DNA of 64,000 nucleotides from Octopus vulgaris (GCA_951406725.2 OX597826.1:27776001-27840000), one strand, 5' to 3'; positions 25,966-37,922 are shown, counted from the stretch's first letter. Numbers and translations are program-made. The notes: generated by a model not told the origin, from the sequence alone.

Positions 25966-26147
25966 AAATAATTTATTATCAGTGGTTCGCATGCGTAATA
26001 AAAGACATTGGACATTTGGTATCTGTAGCTCGTCAGTAGGATCGCTAAAGAATGCAAAATTATCTAGCTGTAGTACGTACTGAAATCATAAAATACTTTG
26101 TCTTATGACTTTTATTACGCATGCAAACCACTGGTAATAAATTATTT
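25966..26147. mobile_element. MITE with about 43-bp terminal inverted repeats
   Basis: AAATAATTTATTATCAGTGGTTCGCATGCGTAATAAAAGACAT versus the reverse complement of 26105-26147, AAATAATTTATTACCAGTGGTTTGCATGCGTAATAAAAGTCAT. Confidence 0.8.
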
Positions 26148-26164
26148 TAATTTTTTTACGTATA

Positions 26165-27785
26165 CAATTGCGACCAAAATGTTCAGAAAGGCATTGTTTT
26201 TGTCAGAAAAGTAAGTATAAGTTTTTATTAAAGTTGTTTTATATTCTATAATTTTCACAGACAATAAATACGATATTAATCGGTATTGTCTGAGATTTTG
26301 GTGTAATTTGAGTCGATAATACAAAAGTTATGGATGATTTAGTGATTTACTGCAAAACCCATGGTGGCCAAAATGATCAGAACGGTTGAAAAAATAACAA
26401 AATAATCAAAAAGTGACAGAGAATGCTGGAATTATTTCATATTTAATGTGAAGCCCTTTAGCTTCAATCAAAGTTTGACATTTTCGACTGCATGGGGAAA
26501 TTAAATTTTCAGTTTCTTGCTGGGTGATCTTATTCCATTCTTCCTGAAGGGTATTCCATAATTGCTCGGTTGTTTTAGGATTTCTGGCTTTCAAACGTTC
26601 TCCTAGAATATTCCACACCTTTTTAATAGGATTGAGGTCTGGGTTCTGAGCAGGGCAATCCATAACAATAGCCTTTTCAGCCTTGAGGAAGTTCATGACC
26701 ACCTTAGCCTTGTGACATGGGGCATTGTCCTGCATGAATATGGGTGGTCGCTTAGTTGAATTTCTCAGCACAGGCAAGACATGATCTTTTACAAGTTGTT
26801 TATAAACTCCTGCATTTACCTTTCCATGTAATCGCACCAAAGGGCCCACACCATCTCCAGATATCATCCCCCAAACCATGACACTTCCTCCACCGAATTT
26901 AACACTAGTCTTAAGGCATTTAGCTGACAATTTTTCACCTGCTTTTCGACAAACGTACCTTTTCCCATCTGAGCCAAATAACATAGACTTAGATTCATCA
27001 CTGAAATGCACCGTTTGCCATTTTTCTTGAGACCACAACACATGTTCGGTTGCAAAGGTAAGACGACACTTTTTATTCTTGGAGCTGATCAGTTGCTTCA
27101 CTGCAGGTGCTCTTGCTTGTAGGTCATGTTCAACTAAAGGACGGGACACAGTTTTTCGAGATAAAGTTTTCTTCAGTACAATGCTCATTTCCCGAAAAAC
27201 AGCAGCAGCAGTTTTGAATCTGTCCTTTTTAACCATAGCACGATTTTCTCTCTTGGTCGTTTTTCTTGGCCTACCTGTAGACTTTCTTGCTTCACACGAA
27301 CCACAATCATCGTAGACCTTAAGAATACCGTGAACAACACTTTTTGACTTGTTAACAATCTTTGCAATAGACCTAATACTTAAATTATCCTTCTTTCGAA
27401 GCTTAATAATCTGCTGACGAATTGGTAACGGAGTAAGTGGCATTATATTAACAAAGTACACTGCAGATATTCTTACTAATATTTAGTAAACGAACTGTCA
27501 CGTAAACAAATTCAAAACATTAGAGTTCGGCGGTTAAATATACTAAAACATGGAGTAAAAGCAACCGTTCTGATCATTTTGGCCGCCATGGGTTTTGCAG
27601 TAAATCACTAAATCATCCATAACTTTTGTATTATCCTCTCAAATTACACCAAAATCTCAGACAATATCATATAATATTGTATTTATTGTCTGTGAAAATT
27701 ATAGAATATAAAACAACTTTGATAAAAACTTCTACCTACTTTTCTGACGAAAACAATGCCGTTCTGAACATTTTGGCATCAATTG
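26165..27785 (-). mobile_element. Full-length Tc1-family DNA transposon, IR/DR type
   Basis: 224-bp TIRs (26165-26388 / 27562-27785) starting CAATTG, TA target duplication at 26163-26164 and 27786-27787, transposase ORF inside. Confidence 0.96.
26406..27443 (-). CDS. Tc1-like transposase (DD34E class; catalytic Glu replaced by Lys)
   Basis: Paired-like HTH, GRPRKTT, FSDES, KFGGGSVMVWG, MQDNAPCH, then 34 residues to PDLNPIK where PDLNPIE is expected. Likely start is the ATG at 27443. Confidence 0.93.
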   Translation of the reverse strand: MPLTPLPIRQQIIKLRKKDNLSIRSIAKIVNKSKSVVHGILKVYDDCGSCEARKSTGRPRKTTKRENRAMVKKDRFKTAAAVFREMSIVLKKTLSRKTVSRPLVEHDLQARAPAVKQLISSKNKKCRLTFATEHVLWSQEKWQTVHFSDESKSMLFGSDGKRYVCRKAGEKLSAKCLKTSVKFGGGSVMVWGMISGDGVGPLVRLHGKVNAGVYKQLVKDHVLPVLRNSTKRPPIFMQDNAPCHKAKVVMNFLKAEKAIVMDCPAQNPDLNPIKKVWNILGERLKARNPKTTEQLWNTLQEEWNKITQQETENLISPCSRKCQTLIEAKGLHIKYEIIPAFSVTF

Positions 27786-28194
27786 TATACTTATGCAGTA
27801 AAATTTTCCAATTCTTAGGCTATATAACACATTTTAATTTTATTTACTGCTATACTATTTTGACTACGCTCGCGCATTACGTTTAAACCCATAACGTATA
27901 AAGATGGAGCTGTCTTGTGCATGTGTTTGCCGCGTGTTTTCGCTAAGTACTGAAGCTACATATTTATGCTTTCTTTAACAGATACCCAATTAATTTATTT
28001 GGTCATTCACAACGAAACTCGAGTATAGGATTAGCTAATTTTTTATTTACTCTGGTGCCTATTAGCAGCGTGCCTTAACAATTCTTTTTTCGTGGTTTGG
28101 TTTTAACCAGCCTTTTTAGTATGTAGAAGTCCTGTCAAGGGTCTTCTCTCTGTGTTTAAACCTTTATACACTCTTATACACAATATATATATAT

Positions 28195-28312
28195 ACAATT
28201 GCAGCGTGGAAGATGTATATGAACCATTTAAGAACGCGTAAAAAAACCGTTAGATTCAATTCAACATCTAAATTTAATTTGTGTCAAAATATTTTCACTT
28301 TGAAAACGCGAT
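28195..28312 (-). repeat. Dispersed repeat, homologous to 54805-54930
   Basis: CAATTGCAGCGTGGAAG...AACCGTTAGATTCA is the reverse complement of the 54.8-kb copy. Confidence 0.75.
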
Positions 28313-28428
28313 AGTAAAAATTAGACTTGTGATTGATAGGAGTGTAGTACTACGGATGAAAGGCATCTAAGCTTCATCAAGCAGATGGCAAGGTCTTGTT
28401 CAAATTATGATTAATATATAAATATTAA

Positions 28429-28640
28429 GGTTGTGAGTTGGCAGAACCGCTAGCACTTCAGGCAAAACGCTTTGCGGCATTTTGTCCGTCATAGCGATTT
28501 GAGTTCGAATTCCGCCCAGGTCGACATTGCCTTTCACCCTTTCGAGGTCGAAAAATAGTAACCAGTTCAGCACTGGGGTTGATGTAATCGACTTAACGCC
28601 TGGCCCCAAACTGCTGTCCTTATATCAAAATATGAAACCA
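28429..28640 (+). mobile_element. Diverged SINE family B copy
   Basis: GAGTTGGCAGAACCG...GCCTTTCACCCTTTCGAGGTCGAAAAATAGTAACCAG. Confidence 0.8.
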
Positions 28641-29159
28641 ATATGTAAGTAGCCTTCGAGCATTACTCTCTCGACGCCTAGAACTTATGGGGGAGGGGAA
28701 TTATTCTGTTTCCATAGCGTACAAGTGACCAAGACGACAATATTCCTGTTGGCGGGGCGTCCGTCTGTCGCAAGAATACTCTGTCGGAAGAATACCAACT
28801 AGTAGAGAGGAGCGACGTGAAATGAGGTGTTTTGCTTCCCTTCTGGGGATCGAAACTACGAAAATGCTCGGCCACTAGGCCATGTGCCTAAGAGAAAACC
28901 TATTGATTGAAGCAAAAGAGAAAAGTCTCTGCTAGTAGTAGGACTGGATAATTACCACCCGGTTCGAAATGGTAAAAATAGAAAAGATACATTCAGTTTT
29001 GTGTGGTGTGTGAATGGAAAACGATAAAGTAAATGATGTCACGATGTGAACCAAAAGCCATCAGTAGAATTCCAGAGAGCATCTCTGGTGAGTGGCACTG
29101 CAATGAGAGTAAGTACTGATGGAAGTTGAATAAAGTATGAAAAATTGAGATGACAAACG

Positions 29160-29407
29160 TATAAAGAATTATGTTGTCAACTTCATTAACTCACAGTTGT
29201 TTCTGCTATAAGGTGCAATACACTCAGACTTTAGGTGATTAATTAACGTCCTTTAGCTCTATCAGAGCTTCAAACATGAAATGGCAGTTCAGGTTTGAAG
29301 GTCTGATGAAGCAATCGACGTTACGCAAGCACTCAACTATGACTGTATCGCATCTTATCGCAGAAACAGCTGTTAGCTAAGGAAGTTCATAAGATAATTG
29401 TAAATAT
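29160..29407 (+). mobile_element. Fold-back remnant with a hammerhead motif (Penelope pseudo-LTR-like)
   Basis: Imperfect inverted repeat 29160-29228 / 29338-29407. CTGATGA at 29303-29309, GAAA at 29363-29366, palindromic ACAGCTGT, GUU triplet. Confidence 0.65.
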
Positions 29408-29433
29408 AGATATATGAGAGTGTGTGTTCGTGC

Positions 29434-29470
<37 letters not shown>

Positions 29471-29561
29471 TGTATGTTTGTGTATTTATTTGTATACACA
29501 CACATATATATTATATAATATAATAATATATTACACTATATTCTATCTCATAGATGTACGT

Positions 29562-29930
29562 ATAGGCGCAGGAGTGGCTGTGTGGTAAGTAGCTTGCTAA
29601 CCAACCACAGGGTTGCGGGTTCAGTCCCACTGCGTGGCATCTTGGGCAAGTGTCTTCTGCTATAGCCCCGGGCCGACCAATGCCTTGTGAGTGGATTTGG
29701 TAGACGGAAACTGAAAGAAGCCTGTCGTATATATGTATATATATATGTATGCGGGTGTTTGTGTGTCTGTGTTTGTCCCCCTGGCATTGCTTGACAACCG
29801 ATGCTGGTGTGTTTAGGTCCCCGTCACTTAGCGGTTCGGCAAAAAGAGACCGATAGAATAAGTACTAAAAGGTGGTGCTCCAGCATGGCCGCAGTCAAAT
29901 GACTGAAACAAGTAAAAGAGTAAAAGAGTA
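29562..29930 (+). mobile_element. SINE family A copy (short internal deletion near 29867)
   Basis: Matches the family A pattern. Confidence 0.9.
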
Positions 29931-30045
29931 TGTTTATACATAAGTATGTGTGTATACATCTACGTGTGCGTATTCGCATTTGTGTGTGTGTATGTGTGTG
30001 TGTCCGGGTCTTTGTATGCATGTATGTGTGTATATCTCTTTCACA

Positions 30046-30468
30046 CTTTTACTTGTTTCAGTAATTTGACTGCGGCCATGCTGGAGCACCACCTTTAGTC
30101 GAACAAATCGACTCCATGACTTATGACTTGCAAGCCTAGTACTTATTCTATCGGTTTCTGTTGCCGAACCACTAGGTTACGGGGACGTAAACACACCAGC
30201 ATCGTTGTCAAATGACGTTGGATAAACAGGCATACAAACATTTACACACACACACACACATATATACATATGCATATATACACAGACACACATATACATA
30301 CATATAAATATACGACGGGCTTTTTTCAGTTTCCGTCTATCAAATCCACACACAAGGTTTTGGTCGGCCCGTGGCTATGGTAGAAGACACTTGCCCAAGG
30401 TGCCATGCAGTGGGACTGAACCCGGAACCATATGGTTAGCAAGCTATTTACACAGGCACTCCTGTGCC
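30046..30468 (-). mobile_element. SINE family A full-length copy
   Basis: Matches the family A pattern; tail-to-tail with the previous copy. Confidence 0.9.
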
Positions 30469-30506
30469 TATATATGTAAGTATATATGTATGCACAAATT
30501 TTTATG

Positions 30507-30584
<78 letters not shown>

Positions 30585-31251
30585 CATACACACATGTATA
30601 CATACACATGCACACACATAGATAGATAGAAAGAGAGAGAGACAGAGAGAGACAGAGTGATAGATAGATCTAAATATACAACTTTGCGCACGTTTCACGC
30701 TATCTAGCAACCTAACTTTGTATCTCGTTTACTGTCATTCCAGCTATTTATCTTTCTGTATAACTATCTTTTCCACTCTTTAGTCCTATACCTATCCATC
30801 CAGCCAAACCTCCATCTTATTTTCAATATCGATTTATTCGTCCGCATTTCTACCACATAACGTATCTGGCTGTCTAACTATTCATCATTCAATTTATTCA
30901 TTCATCCATCCATCTATCTCTCTTTTATTCCCCGTTATCCGTCCGTTCGCCACTTTTTACCATCCAAGCCAACGTCGGTCTTTATATTTCGTTATATCGA
31001 TTGGTCAAAGCTGAAATAAACGCAAGCCGATGACGGATGCTGTCCTAAACAGCTGGTCAAACGGAAATAGCTAAAATAGAGACCACAGAACGGCCGCTGC
31101 ATTATGGGAAATGAAAAATTGGAAGCTTTTATAGGTTACATTCTAATCTCGTTCTTTCTTTCGCCTGTCCTTACCATAAACAGCTGTCGTCTGTTTGTTG
31201 AGATGTCATGTTTGTGATTCTCAATATATGAAATTATATATATATATATAT

Positions 31252-31302
<51 letters not shown>

Positions 31303-31510
31303 CATATATATATATATACACACATACATATATATATACGTAAGTTTATATACGTATATATACATACATATATGTGAATACACATATGTGTGTATGCATG
31401 TGTGTGCATATATGTATACATTTATGTTAGCATATAAACACACACGTATATAGATAAAAGTATACATACATAGAAGTAGATTATCCTATATATGTGCGTC
31501 TAGATATGTA

Positions 31511-31552
<42 letters not shown>

Positions 31553-31605
31553 TAAGCATTGATGGATAGAAAAATAGATATAGACACGCACGCGCGCACA
31601 CACAC

Positions 31606-31642
<37 letters not shown>

Positions 31643-31856
31643 CGTCTAGCTTCATATATACAAACACACACATATGCACATATATAAACATAGACAGATA
31701 GCTAGAAAAATAGATATAGATAAACACACACACACACGCATACACACACACATACTAAGAAGCGTTATTCGGTTATGAATTTGCATGAGTCTAGTCAAAG
31801 TTCTTTGATTAGAGAAGAAAATCGACAAAGGCTGGAAGTGCAATAGGGAATGAATA

Positions 31857-31951
<95 letters not shown>

Positions 31952-31983
31952 CAACAATAATAATAACCATAATAACAATAATG

Positions 31984-32056
<73 letters not shown>
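31857..32056. repeat. (AAT)n microsatellite
   Basis: Directly visible. Confidence 0.95.
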
Positions 32057-32057
<1 letters not shown>

Positions 32058-32232
32058 GATTCTTCTATAATCACAAGGCCTGATATTTTGTTGGAGGGGT
32101 TAAATCGATTACATTGGCCCCCAGTGGTCAAACGGTACTTATTTTATCGACCCTCGAATTTGAACTCAGAACGTAACTACGGACGGCAGGCTGCTAAGAA
32201 ATTTCCCCGGCGTGGTAACGATTCTGCCAGCT
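32058..32232 (-). mobile_element. SINE family B copy with internal deletion
   Basis: GGTACTTATTTTATCGACCC and GAATTTGAACTCAGAACGTA...ATTCTGCCAGCT. Confidence 0.8.
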
Positions 32233-32289
32233 AATAATGATATAAACGGATGGGAAATATCTCAGTATGACTGGTGAGAAGTAACTCAT

Positions 32290-32590
32290 ACTGATTTGAT
32301 CTATCAGAGAAGATGTGAAGGAAGCTGTGAAAACAGCAACGGAATAAAGGAAGAGAAGAAAGCCAGAGTGCGAAAGAAACATCATAGGAAAGGAACTGCA
32401 TGGTCAACGACTCAAATGAACACAGGACGTCGCAGCAGATGAGTTTTGGTTGTAGCTGAAGAAAGGAAGCCCTAAGAAGGAAATGGAAGGACTCATATTG
32501 GCAGCTCCATGCCAGTCATTGCGGACGAATGCCAGTCATTGCAGCAAAAATACTTGAATCAAGGAAAAGTGCAAAGTGCAGAGAATGTAA
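32290..32590 (+). pseudogene. R4/Dong-like non-LTR retrotransposon C-terminal remnant
   Basis: Broken peptides KELHGQ, FWL*LKKGSPKKEMEGLILAA and KCREC resemble K.LHGQ...W.WL..G.LK.ETEG.I.AAQ...KCR.C. Confidence 0.55.
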
Positions 32591-32627
32591 GTGGATTTGG
32601 TAGACGGAAACTGAAAGAAGCTTGTCG

Positions 32628-32699
<72 letters not shown>

Positions 32700-32890
32700 T
32701 GTTTATCGCTCCACCATCGCTTGACAACCGATGTTGGTGTGTTTACGTCCCTGTAACTTAGCGGTTCGGCAAAAGCGACCGCTAGAATAAGCACTAAGCT
32801 TACAAAGAACAAGTCCTGTGGTTGATTTGCTCGACTAAAGGCGGTGCTCCAGCATGACCGCAGTCAAATGACTGAAACAAATAAAAGAAA
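32588..32890 (+). mobile_element. SINE family A, 5' truncated
   Basis: GTGGATTTGGTAGACGGAAACTGAAAGAAG through the tail. Confidence 0.88.
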
Positions 32891-33879
32891 AAAATTGCTC
32901 TCAAAAAAATTTCAAAATGAGAGTAAAAGAAAAAAATTCTCTGCTAGGAGCAGCAGTAAGTGCTGCCCGGTTGGAAATGGTAAACATACATTCGGTTTGT
33001 TGTGAGTAAAGAGAAAATGGGAAAGTAAATGGTGCCACGATGGAGACCAAAGCAATGAGTAGAATCTCACTGAGCATAGTGAACGAAACCACGAAGATTC
33101 GAGTGGTAGAGCAAGACTCTTAATCACAGGTTTACGTAGGTCTATGTATGTTTTGTTGCTGTTTTTTCTTTCAATCCCACAGCCGGGAAATACTTATGTT
33201 GCGGAAGAGACAGTTAAACACGAAAATCTCTAATGCGTAATCACAAATGTCGAGAATGTTCTATTCCTCGGAGAAATAGTTCAGATGCAATCAGTAAGAG
33301 ATCTCGAATGTCATTAAGATACTACCTACGGGTACAATATGGCGTTCCTATGAAAACATAACGAAGCACTTCACGGAGCAAAGATTACTACTGACCTAAG
33401 ATCGTTGTTGAAAATATTTAAGATACCAAATACAAACCGTATTTTTAACAAAGAATATATTGATTGAAATTCCCATCAAAACATCTATCATTTAAATATA
33501 TGAAAGTCCAGTTACTGCTGGAAAAAAAAAGAGTAAAGAAAATGGAAAGTATGAAACTCTTTAAGGAAACTGTTGTGCAGATGAAAACATTCCTTTCAAA
33601 AGTAATGAAAAGGTGCGTATTTATGGACGATTGCAATGAAAACCAGTTTCTCCTACGCTGATTACAGATTCCCATTTATGCGTATAATTTTTAATATTGA
33701 ATTTTTGTTACGTAAAAGTCTGCTTAAAGAGCTTCTAGAAACAAGTGGAAGTGTGGCTGTGTGGAAATAAGTTTGTTTCACAACCACATGGTTCCGGGTT
33801 CAGTCCTACTGCGTGGCACCTCGAGTTTTGTGCAGAAATTGAAAGAAGGCCATCGTCAATGAATGATCAAATTGAAACT

Positions 33880-34840
33880 AAATCTGAGAGAAATATAAAA
33901 GACTATCTTTGCAATTGCTCAAAACAGGGATCCTGTTATGTGGAAAATACGTGTAAAACTAAAAATGTCATATATAGATGTATAGTGAGTTACATCCGAG
34001 GGTCAGGAATTCCTTTGCATCAGTAGGACATCGTTAATTTTCAAGAGGAGACTGGCAAATCATTTGAGTTAATTTAAAGACAAAAATAAAGAGGTTCCAA
34101 ACGAGTCTTAGCAAATTAATCTGGTCTTTTAATGATAGCAACAAGGACTATACTATTAAATGGGAATTACAGTTCTATATTTAAGAGATGAAGAATTATG
34201 TACATTATTTACATTATATACATTCGATGGATATTTGTCTTCATCTTGTTTATTGTTAACACAACGTTTCGGCTGATATACCCTCTAGCTTTCTTCCCCA
34301 AGACACCTGTTTACGGCTGGAGAGTATATCATCCGAAACTTTGTGTTAACAACAAACAAGATGAGGACAAAAATAATCTAAATAATGTAAATAATGTAAA
34401 TGGGAATTAATTTGTACTACAAAACCATACACACTTGGAACCAATAGATATGACCTATGTTTAGAAGGATTTTACAGGATTTTCGCATTCAAAGATAATG
34501 TGTTAAATTCTAGACAGGAGCAAACACACAGAAGCCTGCACACGAGGAAATTCACGTTTGCCAAGTATAAATGAATAATGACCATTTAAACTATAGAAGG
34601 TTTTGAAATAATGAACTGAAAATGATTGTCCTATAAGAACTTGAAATAGAGATTGCCCGCACCTGATTTAACGGACAGCCCTGCATTATACAACGCAGAG
34701 TTTATAAAAGAAAACCATTAAATGGCCATACCATTTAATGATATCAAGCAAAGAAGCTGAAGAGACTGCATCGTTATATAGTAGGGTTGCAATTACAACG
34801 ATATTTAATTGGTACAATTGAAACATGTGTTGGCCTTAAG
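33880..34840 (+). pseudogene. Penelope-like element remnant: GIY-YIG endonuclease domain plus 3' region with a degenerate hammerhead
   Basis: YLCNCSKQGSCYVENTCKTKNVIYRCIV; FKRRLANH; TSLSKLIWSFNDSNKDYTIKWEL | ICTTKPYTLGTNRYDLCLEGFYRIFAFKDNVLNSRQE...HTRKFTFAKYK* (stop at about 34574). CTGAAGA at 34757 and GAAACATGTGTT at 34820. Confidence 0.85.
34170..34396. mobile_element. 227-bp palindromic insertion with 13-bp TSD
   Basis: TAAATGGGAATTA is duplicated at 34157-34169 and 34397-34409. Arms at about 34203-34300 and 34315-34396 are reverse complements and carry decayed hammerhead halves. Confidence 0.85.
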
Positions 34841-35055
34841 AGGCAGTATAAAATTACTAAATGTTAAATATAATACCCTATTAAATATAAAGCCCTGATA
34901 TGGCCACAGTTCAAATACTGAACCTAGTAAGCGGATCAAGCAACGCAATTGGTCCATCGCTTTATTTTAAAACCTAAGCTATGTAGTAATAATGCATAGA
35001 TGTGAATGTAGAATAATTGGGATTGATTTTCAGAAGTACATATATGGTAATACAG

Positions 35056-35101
<46 letters not shown>

Positions 35102-35152
35102 ATACAAGAAAAAAGCATATATATACATACACACACACACGCACACACACAC

Positions 35153-35222
<70 letters not shown>

Positions 35223-35368
35223 ATTTTTGTATGTATATATGTCTGTATGTATGCATATAAATAGGCACATACTCACACAATCACAAACACACAGAAATAT
35301 GATCATCCATTTTACTTCATTTATTGAAAAATGTATGCGATTACTTACAGCAATCAATAAAGAAATTT

Positions 35369-35479
<111 letters not shown>

Positions 35480-36132
35480 TGGACCTATATATTATATATG
35501 GCCATACGCATACTCTAAAATCTATAGCTTCATACATACGTTCATATATAGAAGGTCTCAATTTGATAAATCAATACATAGAAAGATAGAAAGATAACTA
35601 GAACGATAGCTGGAGAATGTATTCAAAAACCATCATCATTAACTTACTTTTTGTCTATCGTAGCAGATAGCTTGATAAATTGATTGACGGAAGAGAACGA
35701 CATTCTCGACTGAGTTTAGCGTAAAACTAGCGTGGAAATGAACTCAAAACTTTCATCGGCATCTCATGAGATATATCCGCGTGGATCACTTAAATGTATT
35801 ACTGAACAAGCGGCATTAACAGTGAAAATATCTCAGAGATTTTTATTTGATGAATGGATTAGCTAATAGACGGAGTAGAATCTGTAAGATCATACGTAAA
35901 TGGAAGTATAGGAACGGAATTCGTTACAGCGAGACGGATGCGGGGCTGTCGGTAGAGAATGTATATTGAAATAAAAATGGCTGAACGTCTGTGGAATATA
36001 TGAAGAAATATGTGTATGTGTATATGTGTGTGTGTCTGTGTGTACGTCTAAATCGATTTGTGTATCTAGTTTTCTCTCTTTGTATTTACACACACATACA
36101 TATGTATATATATATACATATATATATATATA

Positions 36133-36163
<31 letters not shown>

Positions 36164-36324
36164 ATGTATGTATGTATGTATGCATGTGTATATGTATATA
36201 TATATAGGTATATATGTATATATATGTATAAGTATATATGTATACATATATATAATATATATATATGAATATACACACATCGATGTGGGTATATGTGTGT
36301 ATAGACAGTCAGACAGACAGACAG

Positions 36325-36378
<54 letters not shown>

Positions 36379-36668
36379 ATAGATAGATAAATAGATAGCT
36401 AAATAAAGGTATGTATGTATATAAGTATGCATATCTGTGTATGTGTTTGTGCGTGTGTGTGTGTGTGTGTGTGTTTGTGTGTATGTGTATGTGCGGATAA
36501 AAGCTTGCTGGCAGAAACTTCGAAGTCACTGACAACGCTTTTCTCGTTTAATAAACATGTACACTAAAAAAAGTTATGAGTAATTCTTCAGTTTAATATA
36601 CAACTAGACATGAAGGGACGAGAGGGACAGAGGGGCTGGAGACAGTCAAATCGGCAGACAGGCAGGCT

Positions 36669-36743
<75 letters not shown>

Positions 36744-36870
36744 CAAGATAAGAGAGATAGATAGACAAACAGACAGATGGATAGATTTACAGACATACAT
36801 AAACACACACACGCACACACACACACACACAGACAACACACACACGTACACACAAACACACACACATATA

Positions 36871-36914
<44 letters not shown>

Positions 36915-37030
36915 TGTATGTATGTATATATGTATGCATGTATGTATGTATGTATGTATGTATGTATGTATACATATATATTGAAAAAAAGTCAAGGTAC
37001 AAAATGCTAAAATAATTTTATACAAAACAT

Positions 37031-37070
37031 TTCAGTGCCGGTTTCGGTCATTGAGACTTTTTCAACTGTA
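37031..37070 (-). ncRNA. Degenerate hammerhead-like motif with U3-A8 core
   Basis: Minus strand reads CAG-TTGAAAA-AGTC-TCAAT-GACC-GAAA-CCGG-CA-CTG; two positions deviate from a functional core. Confidence 0.45.
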
Positions 37071-37109
37071 AGTATGGAAAATAATTATATTTTGGAAAAA
37101 TTAAATGAA

Positions 37110-37552
37110 AAGTAATAATAAATCTCTGAACAAGGTATAAACAGTAACTGCACGACAATGTGAGGTATATTTGCCATCTCATTATGGCTAACCACTAAGG
37201 GTGGGTGTTACTGTAGCTTGTAGCCCCCAGGAGAACATCTCCTCCAGCTGCCCTAAGGTATTTGCAAAGGGAGGTCATCCTTCCATCGTCAACCTAAGTG
37301 ATACGCATTGACTGCAGTTTCTAGGTATTGACCTGTCATCAGCGTACGACAATCACCGGTTTTCGATGAAAGGGGTCCCAATGCAAATACTTATATCATT
37401 TTTCCAGTAACTTTTCATCACTGATCTCGAAAAACTGTATGCAAGCAATAATACATCTCTGAACGAGGTATAAACAGTAGCTGCACGACAATGTGAGGTA
37501 TATTTGCCATATCAATATGGCTAACCACTAAGGGTGGGTGTTACTGTAGCTT
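37110..37552 (-). mobile_element. Retrozyme-like element: 333-nt unit with 110-bp terminal redundancy and an internal hammerhead motif
   Basis: Direct repeat 37110-37219 / 37443-37552. Minus strand 37347 to 37301 reads TACG-CTGATGA-CAGGT-CAAT-ACCTA-GAAA-CTGCAG-TC-AATGCGTA. Confidence 0.7.
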
Positions 37553-37647
37553 TTAAAGGAATATTTGCATAGTATTCAAATACAAAGGGCATTTATCTTG
37601 TCTCTCTTGTTTACTCTTGTGGGTTCGAGGTCGTTGTGAAGAATTTA

Positions 37648-37813
37648 TATACGACGGGCTTCTTTCAGTTTCTGTCTACCAAATCCACTCACACGGATTT
37701 GGTCGGCCCGAGGCTATAGTAGAAGACACCTGCCCAAGTTTCCACGCAGTGGGACTGAACCCAGAACCATGTGGTTGGTAGGCAGGCTACTTACCACACA
37801 GCCACTTCTGCCC
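37648..37813 (-). mobile_element. SINE family A 5' half
   Basis: Matches the family A head. Confidence 0.88.
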
Positions 37814-37824
37814 TTATATATATA

Positions 37825-37922
37825 AAGTACCATTTTCGCACTGGGATCGATGTAATCGACTTAATACCTTTGTCTGTCCTTGTTTGTCCCCTTCTATTTT
37901 TAGCCCCTTGTGTGCAGTAAAG

